Positions 42,931-47,041 of a DNA stretch of 47,041 nt are shown one piece after another. Made by a program: the position numbers and the translations under genes. The first letter of the stretch is position 1. Each line of letters opens with the position of its first letter. A model generated the notes under the pieces. The model ran no database searches. It was given only the letters and a program-made list of their open reading frames with translations, and had not been told where the DNA came from. Origin of the DNA: a virus. Lineage: Duplodnaviria; Heunggongvirae; Uroviricota; Caudoviricetes. The DNA is taken from the IMG/VR virus record IMGVR_UViG_2541047923_000007, one strand, 5' to 3'.

Positions 42931-45402
42931 ATGAGTAAAGTCTTTATTTGCGCCGCCATTCCGGACGAACAGGCAATAAAGGAAGAAGGTGCCGTCGCTG
43001 TAGCCACTGCCATTGAAGCCGGTGATGAACGTCGCGCCCGCGCAAAATTTCACTGGCAATTCCTGGAACATTATCCGGCTGCTCAGGACTGCGCTTATAA
43101 ATTTCTTGTTTGCGAGGATAAACCCGGTATACCCCGCCCTGCCCTCGATTCCTGGGATGCTGAATATATGCAGGAAAACCGCTGGGATGAGGCGTCTGCT
43201 TCCTTTGTCCCGGTCGAGACTGAATCCGATCCGATGAACGTCACTTTTGACAACCTAGCCCCTGAAGTACAGAACGCTGTCATGGTTAAGTTCGACACAT
43301 GTGAAAACATCACTGTTGATATGGTGATTAGCGCACAGGAATTGTTGCAGGAAGACATGGCAACATTCGACGGCCATATCGTTGAAGCGTTGATGAAAAT
43401 GCCAGAAGTTAACGCTATGTATCCGGAGCTTAAGCTGCATGCCATCGGGTGGGTTAAGCATAAATGTAAGCCTGGTGCCAAATGGCCCGAAATTCAGGCA
43501 GAGATGCGCATCTGGAAAAAACGTCGCGAAGGTGAACGCAAGGAAGCCGGAAAATACACGTCTGTTGTTGATCTCGCCCGCGCCAGAGCCAATCAACAGC
43601 ACACTGAAAATTCAACAGGAAAAATCAACCCGGTCATTGCTGCCATTCATCGCGAATACAAGCAGACATGGAAAACACTGGATGACGAACTGGCCTACGC
43701 TCTCTGGCCTGGTGATGTGGATGCCGGAAACATTGACGGCAGCATCCATCGCTGGGCAAAAAATGAAGTTATCGACAACGACCGCGAAGACTGGAAGCGT
43801 ATCTCGGCATCAATGCGCAAACAGCCTGATGCCCTTCGCTACGACCGCCAGACTATTTTTGGCCTTGTCCGTGAACGTCCGATCGACATTCACAAAGACC
43901 CTGTGGCACTGAACAAATACATTACTGAATACCTGACTACAAAGGGCGTGTTTGAAGATGAAGGAACAAATCAGAGCGCAACTGATACTCTCTCGTCGCC
44001 AGTACCAGAAACTGATGCAGTGGAAACGGCAATTCCAGACAACGAAAAAACCGAATGCAAAGTGGAAGTCGAACCATCTGTAGAACGTGAGGGGCCGTTC
44101 TACTTCCTCTTCACCGACAAGGATGGCGAAAAATACGGTCGCGCAAATAAACTTTCTGGTCTGGATAAGGCGCTGTCTGCTGGGGCTACTGAAATCACGA
44201 AAGAAGAATATTTCGCCCGCAAAAACGGTACATACTCAGGTTCACAACAAAATACTGGTGCATCTGACACGACCGCACAACCAGGGTCAGTAAAAGTTAC
44301 CGCTGACGAAGTAAACAAAATTATGCAGGCAGCCAATATCAGCCAGCCTGACGCCGATGAACTGCTTGCAGTATCACGTGGTGAATTTGTTGAAGGGATT
44401 AGCGACCCGAATGATCCGAAATGGATTAAGGGGATCCAGACCCGCGATTCTGTGAACCAGAACCAGCAAGAAACGGAACAGAACGACCAGAAAGCGGAAC
44501 AAAACAGCCCAAATACGCAACAAAACGAGCCAGAAACGAAACAACCTGAACCAGTAGTGCAACAGGAACCGGAAAAGATCTGCACCGCCTGCGGTCAGAG
44601 CGGTGGCGGCAACTGCCCTGATTGTGGTGCGGTGATGGGTGACGCAACATACCAGGAAATATTCGATGGAGAGAATCAGCCTGAAGTTCAGAAAAATGAT
44701 CTGGAGGAAATGGAAGGCTCTGCGCATCAGCACAAGGAGAACACTGGCAGCAATCAGCATCATGCCAGCGATAGTGAAACTGGCGAGGCGTCAGATCCCT
44801 TAATTAAGGCGAACGGTCATCATAATCTCACATCCACCAGCAGAGCGGGGATTCATCTGATGATCGACCTTGAAACCATGGGAAAAAATCCCGATGCCCC
44901 GATTATCTCAATAGGTGCAATATTTTTCGATCCGCAAACCGGAGATATGGGACCGGAATTTAGTAAGACTATCGATCTGGAAACTGCTGGCGGAGTCATT
45001 GATCGGGACACCATTAAATGGTGGCTTAAACAATCACGCGAAGCGCAATCTGCCATTATGACCGATGAAATCCCGTTAGATGATGCACTGTTACAATTGC
45101 GGGAATTTATCGACGAAAACTCCGGTGAATTTTTTGTTCATGTCTGGGGAAATGGAGCCAACTTCGACAACACGATTTTGCGCCGTTCATACGAACGGCA
45201 GGGGATCCCCTGCCCGTGGCGTTACTACAACGATCGCGATGTACGCACAATCGTTGAGCTGGGGAAAGCCATAGACTTCGATGCCAGAACGGCTATTCCA
45301 TTCGAAGGTGAGCGCCATAATGCACTTGATGACGCCCGTTACCAGGCAAAATACGTTTCAGCTATCTGGCAAAAACTGATCCCGAGTCAGGCTGATTCTT
45401 AA
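42931..45402 (+). CDS. Large early-left protein: N-terminal YdfE-like region, Gln/Glu-rich linker, zinc ribbon, C-terminal DEDDh 3'-5' exonuclease domain
   Basis: 823 aa; Exo I IDLETMG, Exo II WGNGANFD, Exo III HNALDDARY; CTACGQSGGGNCPDCG zinc ribbon; GAGGT Shine-Dalgarno. Confidence 0.65.
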   Translation: MSKVFICAAIPDEQAIKEEGAVAVATAIEAGDERRARAKFHWQFLEHYPAAQDCAYKFLVCEDKPGIPRPALDSWDAEYMQENRWDEASASFVPVETESDPMNVTFDNLAPEVQNAVMVKFDTCENITVDMVISAQELLQEDMATFDGHIVEALMKMPEVNAMYPELKLHAIGWVKHKCKPGAKWPEIQAEMRIWKKRREGERKEAGKYTSVVDLARARANQQHTENSTGKINPVIAAIHREYKQTWKTLDDELAYALWPGDVDAGNIDGSIHRWAKNEVIDNDREDWKRISASMRKQPDALRYDRQTIFGLVRERPIDIHKDPVALNKYITEYLTTKGVFEDEGTNQSATDTLSSPVPETDAVETAIPDNEKTECKVEVEPSVEREGPFYFLFTDKDGEKYGRANKLSGLDKALSAGATEITKEEYFARKNGTYSGSQQNTGASDTTAQPGSVKVTADEVNKIMQAANISQPDADELLAVSRGEFVEGISDPNDPKWIKGIQTRDSVNQNQQETEQNDQKAEQNSPNTQQNEPETKQPEPVVQQEPEKICTACGQSGGGNCPDCGAVMGDATYQEIFDGENQPEVQKNDLEEMEGSAHQHKENTGSNQHHASDSETGEASDPLIKANGHHNLTSTSRAGIHLMIDLETMGKNPDAPIISIGAIFFDPQTGDMGPEFSKTIDLETAGGVIDRDTIKWWLKQSREAQSAIMTDEIPLDDALLQLREFIDENSGEFFVHVWGNGANFDNTILRRSYERQGIPCPWRYYNDRDVRTIVELGKAIDFDARTAIPFEGERHNALDDARYQAKYVSAIWQKLIPSQADS

Positions 45403-45474
45403 TGTTCAACTGTCGCCGGTTGTGACTGGTATTCTGCAACCGGCGCTCGTCTGATGTAAGAGATAAAGAAATCG

Positions 45475-45726
45475 ATGAGCGAAGTAATCATGATTGTCTC
45501 TCCCGGCAAATGGGTATCCGAAGAGCAGTTAATTGCGCTGAAAGGAATAAAAAAAGGTACGTTAAAAAAGGCCCGGGAAAAATCGTTTATGGAAGGAAGG
45601 GAATATAAGCATGTCGCTCATGACGGTATGCCATGGGATAACAGTCCATGCTTTTACAACCTGGAAGAAATTGATCGCTGGATTGAGCGCCAGGCATCAG
45701 CAAGACCAAGACGTCATCTTACTTGA
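45475..45726 (+). CDS. xis: Excisionase (Xis-like)
   Basis: 83-aa ORF immediately upstream of the integrase. Confidence 0.6.
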   Translation: MSEVIMIVSPGKWVSEEQLIALKGIKKGTLKKAREKSFMEGREYKHVAHDGMPWDNSPCFYNLEEIDRWIERQASARPRRHLT

Positions 45727-45745
45727 CTAAAAGCCACACTAACTA

Positions 45746-47041
45746 ATGAGAGAAGTTGAAATGAAATATCCGACAGGCGTGGAAAACCATGGAGGGAAAT
45801 TACGTATCTGGTTTGTTTATAAAGGCGTAAGAGTCAGGGAAAACCTGGGGGTTCCTGACACAGCAAAAAACAGGCGCGTTGCAGGTGAGCTACGCGCCTC
45901 TGTTTGTTACGCAATAAAAACTGGTGTTTTCGACTATGCAAAACAGTTTCCCTCCTCACGCAATCTGGAAAAATTTGGTGAGGCCCGACAAGATTTAACC
46001 ATAAAAGAACTGGCTGAAAAATTTCTGGCACTGAAAGAAACTGAAGTCGCAAAAACATCACTCAACACATACCGTGCCGTCATCAAAAATATCCTGAGCA
46101 TAATCGGTGAAAAAAATCTTGCCTCATCGATTAATAAAGAAAAATTACTGGAGGTTCGTAAAGAGCTACTGACTGGATACCAGATCCCCAAAAGTAACTA
46201 TATTGTTACACAACCAGGGAGATCTGCTGTAACTGTAAATAATTACATGACAAATCTTAACGCCGTGTTCCAGTTTGGTGTTGATAACGGTTACCTGGCA
46301 GATAACCCGTTTAAGGGGATCTCGCCATTAAAGGAATCAAGAACCATTCCGGATCCTCTTTCGCGGGAGGAATTCATCCGTCTTATCGATGCGTGCAGAA
46401 ATCAGCAAGCCAAAAATTTATGGTGTGTTTCTGTTTATACTGGCGTTCGCCCTGGTGAGCTGTGTGCACTTGGATGGGAGGACATAGATCTGAAAAATGG
46501 AACAATGATGATCAGGAGAAATTTAGCAAAAGACCGTTTCACGGTACCAAAAACACAGGCGGGAACCAATCGGGTCATTCATCTTATTAAGCCAGCAATC
46601 GACGCTCTCCGGAGTCAGATGACATTAACGAGACTGAGCAAAGAGCATATCATTGATGTTTACCTCAGAGAGTATGGCAGAACAGAAAAACATAAATGCA
46701 CCTTTGTTTTTCAACCTGAAGTGTCAGCGAGAGTAAAAAATTATGGTGACCATTTTACCGTTGACTCAATAAGGCAGATGTGGGACGCAGCGATAAAACG
46801 TGCCGGACTCCGCCATCGAAAATCATATCAGTCGAGACATACTTATGCCTGCTGGTCGCTGACAGCTGGTGCTAACCCGGCATTTATAGCAAACCAGATG
46901 GGCCATGCAGATGCGCAAATGGTATTTCAGGTATACGGAAAATGGATGTCTGAAAACAATAATGCACAGGTAGCTTTGTTAAATACACAGTTAAGCGAGT
47001 TTGCCCCAACCATGCCCCATAACGAAGCAATGAAAAATTAA
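45746..47041 (+). CDS. int: Tyrosine integrase (start at 45746 or 45761)
   Basis: 431 aa; C-terminal catalytic region SRHTYACWSL...HADAQMVFQVYGKWM with R/H/R/Y signature. Confidence 0.9.
   Translation: MREVEMKYPTGVENHGGKLRIWFVYKGVRVRENLGVPDTAKNRRVAGELRASVCYAIKTGVFDYAKQFPSSRNLEKFGEARQDLTIKELAEKFLALKETEVAKTSLNTYRAVIKNILSIIGEKNLASSINKEKLLEVRKELLTGYQIPKSNYIVTQPGRSAVTVNNYMTNLNAVFQFGVDNGYLADNPFKGISPLKESRTIPDPLSREEFIRLIDACRNQQAKNLWCVSVYTGVRPGELCALGWEDIDLKNGTMMIRRNLAKDRFTVPKTQAGTNRVIHLIKPAIDALRSQMTLTRLSKEHIIDVYLREYGRTEKHKCTFVFQPEVSARVKNYGDHFTVDSIRQMWDAAIKRAGLRHRKSYQSRHTYACWSLTAGANPAFIANQMGHADAQMVFQVYGKWMSENNNAQVALLNTQLSEFAPTMPHNEAMKN

Noticed and set aside
45403-45474. Inverted repeat GCCGGTTG...CAACCGGC between the exonuclease gene and xis, considered as a terminator
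   Set aside because: Long loop and no U-tract; more likely a protein-binding site or incidental.

Overview
The window is almost entirely one lambdoid (Qin/Rac-like) prophage of an Escherichia-type host, with the host MFS transporter gene (ydfJ-like, apparently 5'-truncated) at the left edge. All calls are from reading the six-frame translations and the DNA by eye; no database search or folding was run, and homology statements rest on remembered family sequences. Gene order on the minus strand, high to low coordinates, is canonical: immunity region (DicA/RacR-like repressor divergent from a Cro/YdaS-like gene, with palindromic operators), YdaT/YdaU/DnaC-like replication genes, a nin-like region (DUF208/QueH-like, hokD, Rem-like, DUF968, RusA), antiterminator Q with a candidate pR'/tR', a tRNA cluster, a cargo locus, the lysis cassette (S21-type pinholin, YdfR, SAR endolysin, Rz/Rz1), cspI and gnsB morons, cos, then Nu1/A/W/portal/protease-capsid fusion/FII/Z/U/V/G-T/H/M/L/K/I/J/Lom/Stf/Tfa and a plus-strand Pin invertase and ydfK. 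On the plus strand to the right of the repressor lie ydfA/ydfB-like genes, a DicF-like sRNA, dicB, ydfD, a large protein with a C-terminal DEDDh exonuclease domain, xis and int. The most interesting item is the cargo locus between Q/tRNAs and the holin (the position stx occupies in Stx phages), which carries two lipoprotein genes whose C-termini closely resemble TolA domain III. Other notable points are an in-frame amber codon in the tape-measure gene, an apparent frameshift in the J receptor-binding C-terminus, a QueH-like gene beside hok, and a reverse-oriented membrane protein inside the dicB operon.
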